64,000 nucleotides of DNA from Octopus vulgaris (lineage: Eukaryota). A program made the translations under genes and the position numbers. How positions within the stretch are numbered: the first letter of the stretch is position 1; each line of letters begins with the position of its first letter. The DNA lies in contig OX597826.1 of NCBI GenBank assembly GCA_951406725.2, positions 75,330,001 through 75,394,000 on the forward strand. Direction: 5' to 3'. A model generated the notes under the pieces. That model was not told the origin of the DNA. It searched no databases and worked only from the letters and a program-made list of their open reading frames with translations. Positions 12,421 through 64,000 of the stretch are shown one piece after another.

Positions 12421-13493
12421 GAAATGACAGAAAAAAGGAAAACTTTGGTCTTAGAGATTATCTGTTTTCTCTTTCTAGTTTACAGTTACTGTAACAGCCA
12501 TTCAATCTTACAAACGTGCCATATTTTGAAGCAAAGATCTAATGCGTATTTGTCTCTGGCTACTTACAGGATCATGTGAACTAGAAACAGAATTTTTGTG
12601 AGAGAACGCTGCTATATAAACTTATCAGCTGTTCTGAATTCTAAATACTAAATTGCAACATAGGTTACGGCCCTTTGTAACAAGGTCCCTACTAAGATAG
12701 CTCTTCTCTATAACCAAAAGTCATTCTAAGAAAGTTTCTCGCTTCCAACACCAACCTTATACACTTATAAAAAATCCTTCCAAATATTTCTTATTCTGGC
12801 TGGCATTTCACATCCAAATTCGCTCAGCTCCACCCAAGAAGGGGGCGTCTTCCTACGATGACTTCACTACTAAGCAGATGCAGTGAACTTCGGAGTTATT
12901 GGTGCCTCTCGAAGTCATTGTTGTAAATTTCCTGTCTTCATAGGAATCTCTCCTAATCTTCGTGATTACTCAATATATCTCAAATGATGAGAATTTTTAT
13001 TATTAGAGACATAGGAAGAAAAGAAAGAAAAAAATTAAAGGATAAAAGATTAATTTATCGAGCACCCTCCTCTTCTAATTACTTCAATAAGGAACCAAAA
13101 ATATAAAAGAAAAAGCAGGAATGGAATTAAGCAACGAAAGATGGTGAGGCGGGAGTAACAGGACGCTCTGGGTTCAATATCCACCGAGGTTGATTTTGCT
13201 TTTCGCCCCTTCAAGGTCGATAAAAGACATACTAGTTGAGCACTGGGTTCGTTGTAATCGGCTTAGCCCCACCCACTAAATTGCTAGTCTTGTTCAAAAA
13301 AGAATTTGAAATCAATATTAAAACATTAGGGATAGAAATCGTTATAATGAGAAAATCATGTTACATTTACCTGTTTTTCGTTCATAATTACAATAAAACT
13401 CGGAAATCATGCAGTGAGTACCCAATGACAGCTAACTCATCACAAAACAATGTTTTAGCCAAGACTTAATTACCAATAATTTAGCCAAGACTT

Positions 13494-13904
13494 GGATCTT
13501 TTCCTTTTGAAGGCCAGTTTTCGTATTTTGAATTACATAATCTACCAAAATATTTTAAGCGCTTAAGGCCTGGATGAGTCTTAATAAAGCCCTGTCCAAC
13601 ATGAAAGTCAAAAATACATGTGTCAAAATAAAACATTTTTTGGATCTTTTCTTTTTGAAGGCCAGTTTTCAACACAATTTCTAGTTAACTAAACACTTTA
13701 AAACTTCGTATACTGGTAGACTATGTTGAAGTTTTAAAATGTTTAGTTAACTAGAAATTGTGTTGAAAACTGGCCTTCAAAAGGAAAAGATCCTTTTTGG
13801 ATCCTTTTGTTTTATTTTGACACATTCTACCAGTATACGAAGTTTTAAAGTATTTAGTTAACTAGAAATTGTGTTGAAAACTGGCCTTCAAAAGGAAAAG
13901 ATCC
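13494..13904. mobile_element. Foldback/MITE with 29-bp TIR and 8-bp TSD
   Basis: GGATCTTTTCCTTTTGAAGGCCAGTTTTC termini, internal duplicated arms, TSD CAAGACTT. Confidence 0.8.
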
Positions 13905-14096
13905 CAAGACTTAATTACCAATAATTTTACGAACTAAACACTCAAGTCCGAATGGTGTGTCCAGCCACGCTTTGAATAGTGCAAAAAATAAATATATTGT
14001 AATAAATAAATGCAAATATGTTAAGAAGCGTAATATATTGACAAAAATTTAATATAAATACTTCTCATTCTGTTCCTTTTCAATGAAAAGCCAAAT

Positions 14097-34323
<20,227 letters not shown>

Positions 34324-34905
34324 GTTACAGATAATAGTTTTCGAGTTACAAAGCCTGCATGTAGAATGTCACTGACTCACATGCAGCGTAAGCAGTTTGG
34401 CTGATATCTTTTAAGCTAAAACAAAAAAAAAAAAACCGTCATAAAACAAACAAACAATTTTGAGAGACGGGACATAATAACTACTAAATACTAAATAGAT
34501 TTAATACTACAATAAACAAGAATAAAGTTCATTGACTCGAAATTCAGTTTTGATGATGAGAGAGTTATTTCGAGGACTATTCATTATGTAATAATGATAT
34601 CTAAATATGTGAAGTTAGTTTTAAGCAGTGTGTTCTGTTTTTCTGCGCATTTTGTCAAAGCTTTTGCAGTTGTGAGCATAGGCTAATCAGAACTAAAGTT
34701 TTAATATATTCGCTGCTTTTTAGTATGGCAGGGTCTAATTTTAGTGAGAGTTCTAACCTGTCGAATCTTTCATTGATTTACGTAATGTTCCAGAGGGTCT
34801 ACGATGTAACAGGAGTTAAGTTTTCATGTTATTGGGTCTCACATGCTTACCCTTTTTTGATCAGTGTTCGGAAGGGCAATAAGTTGTTAGATATAGGGTA
34901 TGTCT

Positions 34906-35135
34906 TGTGAGTGGATTTGGTAGACGGAAGCTGTAAGAAGCCCGTCGTATGTGTGTGTCTGTGTTTGTCAACCGATGCTGGTATGTTTACGTCCCCGTAA
35001 CTTAGCGGTTCGTCAAAAAGAGACCAATAGAATAAGTACTAGTCTTACAAAGTATAAGTCCCGGGGCTGATTTGCTCGACTAAAGGCGGTGCTCCAGCAT
35101 GGCCACAGTCACATGACTGAAACAAGTATAAGAAC

Positions 35136-35201
<66 letters not shown>

Positions 35202-35478
35202 ATGTGTGTCTGTTTGTTCCCTCACCATCGCTTGACAACCGATGTTAGTGTGTTTATGTCCCTGTAACTTAGCGGCTTGGTGTAAGAGACCGATAGAATA
35301 AGTACTAGGCTTACAAAGAATAAGTCCTGGGGTCGATTTGTTCAAATGACTGAACCAAGTAAAACAATAAAAGAATACGTCGTTACACACACACACACAC
35401 ACACGCACACTCACACACACACACACACACATATATATACACACATATACATACACACACATATATATATACATATAC

Positions 35479-35532
<54 letters not shown>

Positions 35533-35929
35533 CTTATTTACTCTTTTACTCTTTTACTTGTTTCAGTCATCTGACTGCGGCCATGCTGGAGCACCGCCTT
35601 TAATCGAGCAACTCGACACCGGGACTTATTCTCTTGTAAGCCCAGTACTTATTCTATCGGTCTCTTTTGCCGAACCGCTAAGTAACGGAGACATAAACAC
35701 ACCAGCATCGGTTGTCAAGCAATGCTAGGGGGTCAAACACAGACACATACATATATATATATATACATATATGCGACGGGCTTCTTTCAGTTTCCGTCTA
35801 CCAAATCCACTCACAAGGCTTTGGTCGGCCCGGGGCTATAGTAGAAGACACTTGCCCAAGGTGCCACGCAGTGGGACTGAACCCAGGACCATGTGGTTGG
35901 TAAACAAGCTACTTACCACACAGCCACTC
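34906..35929. mobile_element. Cluster of family A SINEs (two + partials, one - full)
   Basis: 34906-35135 (+), 35200-35375 (+), 35535-35929 (-). Confidence 0.85.
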
Positions 35930-36319
35930 ATCTAGTTTCAGCTCAGCCATTTCTATTAAAACTCATAAAACATTACATTTACATTTATGCCACATGGGCA
36001 TAATATCATCAGAGGCAAAAAAAAAAAGACGTACCTTTAGATGCCACATGTGTGTTTGTGGATTCATTTCAGCAGACAGTATTTCCTTGGATGAAACCGT
36101 CCCTTCATGAGGTTAACACAACCTCTGATTAAATTTAATATATGTGCATATATTATCTTTCACATAACATTTAATATATGTGTATATATTATCTTTCACA
36201 TAACATTTAATATATGTGTATATATTATCTTTCACATAACATTTATTTATGTTATGTGAACATTTTGAAAATAAAGTGCTGAATGCTTAATTTCATGTGC
36301 ATATTTATATATCATTAAG

Positions 36320-36710
36320 GTGGAGGCGCAATGGCCCAGTGGTTAGGGCAGCGGACTCGTGGTCATAGGATTGCGGTTTCGATTCCCAGACCGGGCGTTG
36401 TGAGTGTTTATTGAACGAAAACACCTAAAAGCTCCACGAGGCTCCGGCAGGGATGGTGGTGATCCCTGCTGTACTCTTTCACCACAACTTTCTCTCACTC
36501 TTACTTCCTGTTTCTGTTGTACCTGTATTTCAAAGGGCCGGCCTTGTCACGCTCTGTGTCACGCTGAATATCCCCGAGAACTACGTTAAGGGTGCGCGTG
36601 TCTGTGGAGTGCTCAGCCACTTACACGTTAATTTCACGAGCAGGCTATTCCGTTGATTCGGATCAACCGGAACCCTCGTCGTCGTAACCGACGGAGTGCT
36701 TCCATCCCCC
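36320..36710 (+). mobile_element. SINE family D, tail type 1
   Basis: Consensus match. Confidence 0.9.
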
Positions 36711-37129
36711 ATCCATTTATATGTTTGTGTGTGTGTGTGTATGAATCTGATAACTAAATACAATTTACGATAAGAATTTAGTTTTATTTGGATCAAAATT
36801 CCACTGCCTTCAGAGTCAAATTTCAATGCTGTCGAATACTTTGAATGATGTTGGCCTGCCTTCATCACCTTTCAGAGTTTGATAGGGAGAGGGATGCATA
36901 AGACCGAAATAGATAGAGGAAAAAAGTGCACGGTGGTTGTATGAAGTTTGAAAGAGAGAGAACGAAGCAGGAGAAAGCTTAGAAAGAATTAATCAGTTGG
37001 AAATGAAGGAGTATTGATTTTTTATGTGTGATTTGTAGGAGTAAATGTTTAAGACATGCAGGCCTGTCCAGCTATGAAAGAAGCCACAGGAATCGTCCCT
37101 TTGTAAATTATAATACAGTTATTGTTGAC

Positions 37130-37710
37130 AACAGAATTAAATTGCTCGGGTCTGGTTTGGTCCGCATCTCCAAGTAGAGAAGAAATGGGACGAAGTGACG
37201 AGCAGGGTAGCCAATCTTACCCAGTAAAGGGCCGAGAGAAAGCTATCCTTGAAAAGTTGGGTAGAGGAGACGAACGCTTACATCGCCTCTGTTATGTGTT
37301 ACCGCTTGACCATTGTGCCTTGTCCCAGTTTGCATCTGACAAAACTGGAGTGCATACTCTTCCGCTTTCTGTGGAAGGGACATGTTCCACTGGTTAGGCA
37401 CTCATCTGCTGATAACATCCGCTGGGTATGCGTTGCCGCTGATGCGTAGACATACGCTGCGGTTACGATATCTCCAGCGCTTCCTTGACGGTGAGCAGGT
37501 GTTGCTGGCATTTATCTGACAAGATTTTCCACAACTCGTCTCTTTGACTGAGCTGCAGTTCTGGACCAAGCGTAGAGTGTCAACAGGTGCTTACAGTCTT
37601 CTGCCAGTCCAGCAATGCTGTTGGTGGAGGTCGTTCTATAGAGGATTAGTGGCGGGCAAGTGCGATTACGTTCTCTGGGCATCAACAAGAATCAACTGCA
37701 AAGTCTGTTC
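37130..37710 (+). mobile_element. Degenerate L1/Tx1-like LINE RT fragment
   Basis: YIASVMCYRLTIVPCP...LTKLECILFRFLWKG, with frameshifts. Confidence 0.7.
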
Positions 37711-37824
37711 CATTATTTAGGCAGAATGGTATACATATAAGATTCCTTTAGCTTGAAAGTTCCGATAGTATTGAATACTATTGGAACTTACTCACAAGGT
37801 ACAGGTAACCTATATGTATACCAG

Positions 37825-38052
37825 CGGCGAGCTGGCAGAAACGTTAGCACGCCGGGCGAAATGCGTAGCCGTATTTCGTCTGCCGTTACTTTCTGAGTTC
37901 AAATTCCGCCGAGGTCGAGTTTGCCTTTCATCCTTTCGGGGTCGATAAATTAAGTACCAATTACGCACTGGGGTCGATGTAATCGACTTAATCCGTTTGT
38001 CTGTCCTTGTTTGTCACCTCTGTGTTTGGCCCCTTTGTAGGTGGTAAATAAA
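37825..38052 (+). mobile_element. SINE family B
   Basis: Consensus match. Confidence 0.88.
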
Positions 38053-39967
38053 TATATATGTATACCATTCTGGCTAAATTATCGTCAGATCCCAAAGCTC
38101 TGTTGACTCAAGACTTCTTAAAAATATGGAAGAGGAAATGCCTCGCTACTCACAGGGGACAAGAATTATCTCCCTTTGCTACTAGCCATCTTGTGGGCTT
38201 CAAAAAGCTAGCAGGAACCTCCTGAACTGCAATAGAGTATGTATGTGTGCATGCGTGTTTGTGTCTGTGTTAGTCCTCCACCGCCGCCGCTTGACCACGG
38301 GTGTTGGTGTATTTATGTAAATTTCCACGCTGAATCTCAGGAGATAATTCATTTTCCAGTAAAATTTTCTAAAAACATTTACAGAGTTTTAAAGTTTGCT
38401 AATTTTTTACTCAGTCAAAAAAAAAAAAATGTAAAAAAAAAAAAAAAAGATTTGCAAGCTGTCACTTTGCGGATGACAGCACGTGTTGTCAACTGTAAAC
38501 AACTGAAATGGGATTCTGCTTTACGCACGCCATATAACCCCTTATAAAGTTTTTTATTTTGAATTTTAAGAAAATTTTTGCAAATTTGTATCCTACACAC
38601 AGGAATTCATTCGATTATGCAAAAGCGAAAAAAAAAAGTAAAAACAAAAAAAGTAAAAACAAAAAAATCTGCGTGATTTAAGGCCTGTTTAGCTGTTACT
38701 GTTAGAACATCTCATTCCGATTGTGTTTTAAGCATTTGATAAGCGACAAAAAGAACACATTGTATGGAGCTTAGCAACGTATTGGCTTGTCACTATGGAA
38801 ACAGGCACCCATATGTCTGGCTTTCGATTGCCTAAAATTACCCCAAATTTTCAATCTTTAAAAACCATTAACTTTTTATTGAATTATGGCAAAAATGAAT
38901 TTCCTGTCAATCTTTATCATACAAAACTATACCAACACGCAAAATATGAAATCAATTGGAACAAAAACCGAAGAAATTGAAAAGTGGTAACCCAACAGAA
39001 AAGATCCGATAAAAGATATACATACATACATACACCAATATATACGTACACAGATAATTAGATAAATACATAAATAATTAAAACAGGTAAATAAGTAGAT
39101 TAAAGTGGAAATAAACTGGAAAGAAAAACATATTGTACCTGTGTAAGAAGCGTTGGAGTCACTGCAATCGGAAACGCTGTTGAGGTTGAGTTTATATTCA
39201 CATGAAGAGGCAGATTCAATGATTTGCTTCAAAATGGTATCAGAAGTAGGCGTAGATGAGATATTAAGTTTATGCGCGCTGATAGAAAACAGAAGCAACT
39301 CCTATAAATAACTCCCACATAGGATTCTAGTATATCTGCACAAGTTCCTTCCTGACACTTTATCCGTTGCACAGTGTTTCTAATTTTGTAGTTGGTAAGT
39401 AGGTTAATAGCATGTTACACATAATAGAGACTATTGAATGGAGGTCAAACCGGTCTTTGTCAAATAGGTGTTACCCTACTCATAATAGATTTTATAGCTC
39501 CCCCTTTCTCTTTTCTTTCACCTAGATATTAGGCTCGGTTGCGTGGGGTGGAAAGTAGTAGCGGCGTGGAAGCACGTCGCTGGGGTTCACCGTTTGCGGG
39601 TAATTGTTGACTACGCCTGGCGGTCGACACCCCTGCACCACTCGGAGAACAGTCTTCCAACCCATGGGTATGTATGGGTGGTCATTGCTGGTGAGGGTTT
39701 TACGAGGTCGGAGTAGAAAGGTAGTTAAAAAAAGAGGTTCAAGCTGGTTGTACAGGGGGTGGGGTTCCCTAAATACGCTTGTTAGTTCATTCGTTACGTG
39801 TAGCGTCTACAGAAAGAGCATTGTTCTTCGTTTTCTCATTGACGTCCCTAACCACTTAAAATGACGTAGACAGTGTATGCCCACTATACTACAACAAATT
39901 CAAAATCAGGTTAACTAACTGATTATTTAATTAACTAATTAATTAATTAATCAATTAATTTTTAATA

Positions 39968-40535
39968 GGCAGGCGTGGCTGTATGGTAAGTAGATTGCTT
40001 ACCAACCACATTGTTCCGGGTTCATTCCCACTGCGTGGCACCTTGGGCAAGTGTCTTCTGTCTTCAAGAACGGCTGAGGACGCTCGACCTTTATTCTCTA
40101 GAAAAACGCCGCCGCCGTGGTGATCTCATTCTCGCCCACAACATCATAAGCGGAAAGTGTAACCTCTTGAAAGAGCTGTTCTTCACTCCTGCTCCAGAGC
40201 GTCGGCTGCGGAGTCATTCCGAAAAGCTCTACCTGCGACGATTTCATCTCAATCGAAGGAGAGGAGCTTTCTCCGTCCGGGTTGCGGATCCGTGGAACAA
40301 GCTGCCAGACGAGATGGTGAAGATGCCGACGGCCGCTTTGTTCAAAGTCTCCCTTGACCTCAAGTGGCCTGAACTCTTTACATGAACACCACTCTGTACT
40401 TAACTCCATGTCCCCCTACATGGCCTTGCTATTTGCTTTTGAGCCAAATTAACTAACTAACTAACTACTATAGTGTCGGGTCAACCAAAGCCTTGTGAGT
40501 GGATTTGGTAGACAGAAACTGAAAGAAGCCCGTCG

Positions 40536-40567
<32 letters not shown>

Positions 40568-40687
40568 ACAGTGATCACCGTGACCGACCAGGCTATCAGA
40601 TGTTGCTACACATCGCTGGTCACAATGTGCTTCACCTTGTTTTAGCCTTCAAACGACGCCACCCCGCTGGCTAAGTGAGCAGGCCAA

Positions 40688-40782
<95 letters not shown>

Positions 40783-40960
40783 TTGTGTGTCTGCGTTTAT
40801 CCACCGACATAGCTTGACAACCGATGGTGGTGTGTTTACGTCCCCGTGACTTAGCGGTTCGGCAAAAGAGACCGATAGAATAAGTTCCGGGGTCGATTTG
40901 CTCGACTAAAGGCAGTGCTCCAGCATGGCCGCAGTCAAATGACTGAAACAAGTAAAAGAG
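39968..40960 (+). mobile_element. Family A SINE interrupted by a CR1 3' fragment (40061-40465) and an RTE-like tail (40565-40688)
   Basis: CR1 peptide LDLYSLEKRRRRGDLI...FSVRVADPWNKLP with a (TAAC)n tail; the SINE resumes at actatag. Confidence 0.85.
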
Positions 40961-41102
40961 TATTGTTGAGCTTTTACCCCGCCTAGTTCTTCTTCTTCCC
41001 ACCCCTCGTTGTTCTTCTACCCACTCTACTTCCTCCCCTCCTCGTTCTTTATCTTTACGTTTAATATCTTTACTGTTATATTATTATTGTTGTTGTTGTT
41101 GC

Positions 41103-41173
<71 letters not shown>

Positions 41174-41174
41174 T

Positions 41175-41555
41175 ATGTTTGATTTTTGCTTTATATTTGT
41201 ACAAGTTGACTCCAAGTCTCACCCAGAGACCTCAAGAGACAACAGGTTGGAAGTTCATGGTTGTTATTATGCCTAGTGTGCCATATATATATATATATTT
41301 TTTGGTGTTGTACTAGTGAATGTCTAAAAAAAAAAACCCAAATTATGTTTGTTTTAAACCTTGACATTACATAGAAAGTATTTTGCATAGGATATGAGCA
41401 GTTCCCATGAGCACTATCTTTTGAATTTCTGCCATTTTTGGGTTTCCTGGTATCTGAGTTAGGTAGCAATCAGCCCCTTTTGCTATCATTCCCAGGGCAC
41501 CTATGACAACAGGTATTGTTTTAGTCTTCAGCTTCCACATTTTGCTGATTTCCAT
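41175..41555 (-). mobile_element. RLE-type (R4/Dong-like) 3' fragment inside (TAA)n
   Basis: EISKMWKLKTKTIPVVIGALG...ILSM*; (ATT)n on both sides. An older RLE relic follows at about 41620-42710. Confidence 0.85.
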
Positions 41556-44500
41556 TATAATTATTATTATTATTATTATTATTATTATACGACATGACTC
41601 AGGTTTGGTCATACTCCTGGTAGAATTTATGTGGGTAGTGGTTTACCACTTCTGACTTGAAATATCCATACGATTTCACTAAGCCATCGAGTGCTCAAAA
41701 CATTTTTGATGCTCTTCCCTGTCTCTCAAAAACAAACCTTCAGTTGAAGCTCTGCATTTCATTTCAATCACCTTTAATGATTTGTCTATGTCATCACTCA
41801 CAGTCCCTAATGCACCAATTATCACAGGTAAAAACTTTACAGATTTCCTGTTCCAAATACTCACAAACACATCTGTTAAGAGTTTTTATTTTTTAATTTT
41901 TTCATCTGCTTTCTTTCCAATCCTGGAATCAAATGGACATGATGAAACCTTCAGTGAGCAATCGACTTTTACTTGTCTATTTTTCTAATATCTAGCTTGT
42001 TATGCTCTATCTTCTTACTCGTTTGAATTGAAAAATCCTACAAAATGTTGCCTATTTCCGACTAAAGTACTCTGTCTACCCGACGATTTTACTATGTACT
42101 TACTGCTTCAAGTCACCATTTCAGACAAAGCTCCAAGTGTAAAACTTTCACAACTTGATCCTGAAGACCCCTGTGAGTCATTGTTTTATTCCAAATTCCA
42201 TATACTCCACATTTTGCCAACACTTTCTCCTCATACTTATATTTTCTGAAGTTGTTTGTCTTCAGTGCTTGATCTTGAGCTGCTATAAATAAGTCTTTCT
42301 GTTTCCTTTTTCAATTGCCTTGCCGTTTATAATTTCTCTGTACTCTTCCGTAAATAATCTAGTAAGTTGCTTTGTTCCATCTTCCAAACCGATCCAGCGT
42401 ATTCCACACTGGTCTCTTTTCAATTACAACCGGTTAATATCAGCTTTCTGATGGTGGACTCCATATATGGTCAGCAGCTTTATAGTTTTGCTGTCAAGTT
42501 TCTGTATTTCGCCTTTTGTCCAATCCATAATTCCAGCTCCATATTTTATAATCGGCACTGCTATTGAATTAATCATTTCAATAACATTTCGTGAATTTAA
42601 CCTTGACTATAATATTTTCCTCACTCTCCTTGTATACTCCCTACTTGTAATTTTCTTCAACTCTTTTCTTTTTATTTCATCTAGCTCCAGTATTCCCAAA
42701 CACTCGAAGAATGGGTAAAACCAATACAAAGCTATAACAATAAACTGAAACAAATGTATCGTGAGGGCGTCGGTTGTTACCTACTTCGTCCTGCGCAAAA
42801 ATTCTAACGTGCACTTTCGAGTGCGAGAGCTGCAGAACGAAAATTTTGGAGGGTAGTTTTTCACTCGTGAATTGATAAAAAGCACAAAATGTTTCTCATG
42901 TTTTATTTTCTATTTAATTATATTTTATTCTAATTATTGTGTGTTTTAAGTTCGTTTATTAATTTAATCCGAGCCTGGCTAGCTTTCGCACGTTTTATTC
43001 ACATTTTTTCCATATCGGGAGTCATTTTCCGGTTCAGTTCAGAATTTCCAGTGTTTTCATTACTGAGGGGATCAAATGAAGTTGAAACACTGTGCTTGGT
43101 GGTCTCCATTCTGAGTGAGCTCAGTTTTTTTAATACGTAAGTAGTTTCTCTGAGGTAAAACATTACAGCTAGTGAGGTACCATATTTGTACATACATAAT
43201 AAATGTTACCTACATCGGTGATTCTTCAATATCCCTCTACAGAAATATATCCTGACCATTTAGAAAGAAACTGCCCTCTTTAAGAATCAAAATCTCTCTG
43301 ACCCTGCCAACATATTACTCTAAAAAAAGAAGTAGCTTCTTTGCGCTTTCTCATTTTCTCTCTGCTCTTCTCTCTCGTTTTCCTTCTGCTCTTCTCTCTC
43401 TCGTTTTCCCTCTGCTCTTCTCTCTCTCGTTTTCCTTCTGCTCTTCTCCCTCTTGTTTTCCCTCTGCTCTTCTCTCTCCCGTTTTTCCTCTGCTCTTCTC
43501 TCTATTCCTTGATTATCAAGTACAATTGTCAGCGAATGAAATCTAAGGAAGTCTTGTGGGTTTGTGTCATTATAAGTGTTCTTTTGTATTACACAGCTTC
43601 GGCGGAAGCAGTCGGGTTGATCAGTGAATACTTTTAACTTATCAACCTATCGCCTACAACTGTTTCTAATCTCCACCATGGAAAGTTTCTTGTTCTATAG
43701 AGTCGATAAGTATGGAGTCTACACAATCCTTCTTTATCAATTCTATTGAACACTAAAGTCTAATAATGTCTCCTCCATCTGTAAATGGAGATGTTTGTCT
43801 AATAAAATACACAGGACATAAGGTAACATCACTTTTCCCACCCCCTTAAATTTGTGCGCATATGCTACGTATACAATTAATTTAGATCACTTCCTAAATC
43901 GCAAATATATCAACTATTTCCCCTAGCCACTATTCATATAGGCAATAAATCCTTTCTGTTACAATTTACAGTTAGAATAACAGTCACTGCTTTTGTAAAT
44001 ATATATCATTTTTAAAAGCATTCACCTTCTGTATATTCGCCTCTGGCCATGTAGAACGTCATATGTTCCAAGCACAGAAAGTTCAACCTGTCACAACTAA
44101 ATTATATGAGATCCTTATATTAGATACCTCGCTAAAAGCGTATCTTTTAACTTTGCAACACTCCACAGGCGACCAAGGAGATTTTGTAAGCATCGCTGCG
44201 TCTGAGCAAACCTTCTGCTTCGAACTCAATCCCGCACGCATTTAGAAAGTACCCACCAGGATAAAAATTCCTTCTCAAGAAATATAACATTACAATCAGC
44301 AACTCCGATGACCCCCCAATGCATCAAGATTATAAGTTTTTGACGGTAGGTTGATAACAAAAAGCAAGCAGTACGTTCCAAATCCTATCCCCATTAGATG
44401 TTGGATTCTGCTTCTGTTGCAATCCATGCCAATATCATCGGACATCCTATTGTCTCTTCCATTCCTAAGAAACATGCATGGTTGACCTTACCAAGTGCCG

Positions 44501-45089
44501 ATCTATTGCCCCCATTTAAAACAATCAAGCTGATAGAAACAGTAGCAGACAATCACTATCTTCACATTGAACCTTATCTCTTCGCTGTAATCACGGTTTA
44601 CACAAAGTCAAATCTACCCGAACGCTCTTTTTATCTATGAAATTCAGGGGTTGTCCGTTCGCCCTTGAAAACGTCGTCGGGATCGCACTGCACTCATCGG
44701 TATCCCGTCGCATTCAAAAGTCGGCTATAAAATTTGCATGGTGTCCGCCGATGATGACTCACCACTAATATATGCCAGGGTATTGATAAAATAAGTAGCA
44801 GCTGACTATATAACTCCATTGTAAATCTATAACTTCCTACGAAATTATAAATTAATAAAATTGTAATAAATGAATGACAAATGTATAATATATAACAAAT
44901 ATTATTTACTGAAAATTTTTAAATACAGCGCATTCTGTATCTTTATTTACCACATCGTCTCATAAACAATGTCCGAAGTTTTGTTTGTTATTTTAAGATA
45001 TTTGAATGGCAACATTACTCCTTAGCATGAACTTGTGTATTCGCTAAAAAATAATTTATATCGTATAGATAAGCCAATGCGACGTTCTT

Positions 45090-45920
45090 AAAGATGGCTG
45101 TGTCCACGGATAATTTAAGCTGTATAATTCCTTAAGGGTCCAAGAAAGATAATAATGTGGCAATATGAAATAATGAAGGTATTTGTGAGAAGAATTGCTT
45201 TAGCCAAAGAATCAGTCGAAGATGTTTTGAAAGGTTTAGGAAAAGTGATTTCAGCTTAAAAGATGCTCCACGAATAGATCGTTCTGTTTAATTCAAAGAA
45301 GACCTGCTTTTGTAGAATTTGATCGAAATAAGAAACGAAGAATTAACTCAGAAGCTGAATTCCAGTCTGTCAAAAGTGCAACGGCCTGGAAAAACGACCC
45401 AAATTTGGATAAACCAGTTCTCTAAAATTTGACAGAAAAGAACCTTGCATCGCAATTAGACATCTGCAATTTTCTATGCTCTTATCAATGGAAACCGCCA
45501 TTTTCGGACAGATTAATGGCCAGTGCTAAAAGGTGGATCTGTCATGGAATGTTAAGCAATTCAGCCAATGGGTTAAAGAAGGCAAATTGGTTAAACTGCA
45601 ACCCAAAAGACACTACCAAAGAAGAGCGTTGATTAGTATTTTTTAGGACTATGTTAGTGTGATCCACTTTGATTTGATACCACTTGATGAGATTATTACA
45701 GCAGATATTTATTGTCTGCAGTTAGAACATTTAAACGCTGCTCGGAACAAAATGCGGCTTACTTTAGTGAATCGCAAAAGAGAGGCGTTCCATCATGATA
45801 ATGCACAATTCAATACAACAAAGATCAGGGTGGAAAAGACTGAAAAATTCGGCAGAACTCCATCCACTCTCCCGGCTCTTACTCCAATTGATTACCACTA
45901 ATTCCAACGTTTACAGAATG
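45090..45920 (+). mobile_element. Degenerate mariner transposase
   Basis: KRWIC, ITADIYCLQL, FHHDNA, LTPIDYH remnants with stops. Confidence 0.8.
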
Positions 45921-46404
45921 ACTCATCTTGGTGGATTAGTTCTCATAGCGGGAATAGGTTAAACATCATCTCTGCCGGTTTCCCGGTTAAAAACACTAAC
46001 GATCAACACATGTAGAAAAAGAAAATACAGTCGATTCTGTCCGTTAGTTTGCCTGCAGTTGTTAATCTTGAGCTATATATGCAACTATTTATTTTATTGG
46101 CTCGGAAGCCCAGGTGAAGGGTGAAGCTAGACACAGGGGCCCAGGCCTGATGGAGTTAAAACACCTGAAGAAGTGGAAATTATCTTCTCTAAATTCTTTT
46201 TCTACGAAAACAAAAATATTTTATGCAAATAGTATTAGAAGGCTTAGAAATCGTTGGCAGGAAGTCATCGGTAATGTTGGTAATTAGGTTAATGAATGAA
46301 ATTTATAGATCTTTTCCCTTCTTTCATAATATTCGGACATTACTTATAAGGTGATCTGATAAATTAAGCTGCTCGATAGATATTTTTTTTGTGAAGAACC
46401 AAAT

Positions 46405-64000
<17,596 letters not shown>

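Noticed and set aside
43600-44760. Non-repetitive stretch between genes C and B
   Set aside because: No sustained ORF, splice pattern or recognisable motif on either strand.

Overview
Eukaryotic, AT-rich, microsatellite- and SINE-dense DNA. It is probably cephalopod (Octopus-like); this is an inference from the repeat content. The window holds a tandem cluster of SLC22 (MFS organic ion transporter) paralogs. Gene A (+) contributes only its last exon (1422-1635). Gene B (-) is complete, with 9 coding exons from 34323 down to 14097 giving 1683 nt / 560 aa. Gene C (-) has 8 coding exons from beyond 64000 down to 46405 and is 5'-truncated by the window. An orphan, frameshifted exon lies at 6853-6948 (+). 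All exon phases were joined by hand with GT-AG boundaries. Most long ORFs in the supplied track are microsatellite artefacts. Introns and intergenic DNA contain at least five tRNA-headed SINE families, fragments of CR1, RTE, Tx1, R4/Dong-like and CRE-like LINEs, a Gypsy pol relic, Tc1/mariner relics, hAT/pogo/mariner MITEs and non-autonomous Helitrons. The most unusual signal is a set of short elements carrying minimal type I hammerhead ribozyme (HHR) motifs, often as foldbacks inside (TA)n tracts. These include a tRNA-headed SINE whose tail holds an HHR and which sits as a head-to-head palindrome between one candidate target-site duplication (TSD) at 32413-33080. This suggests a SINE mobilised by Penelope-like elements (PLEs). 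Repeat coordinates are approximate and family names come from motif recall, not database searches.
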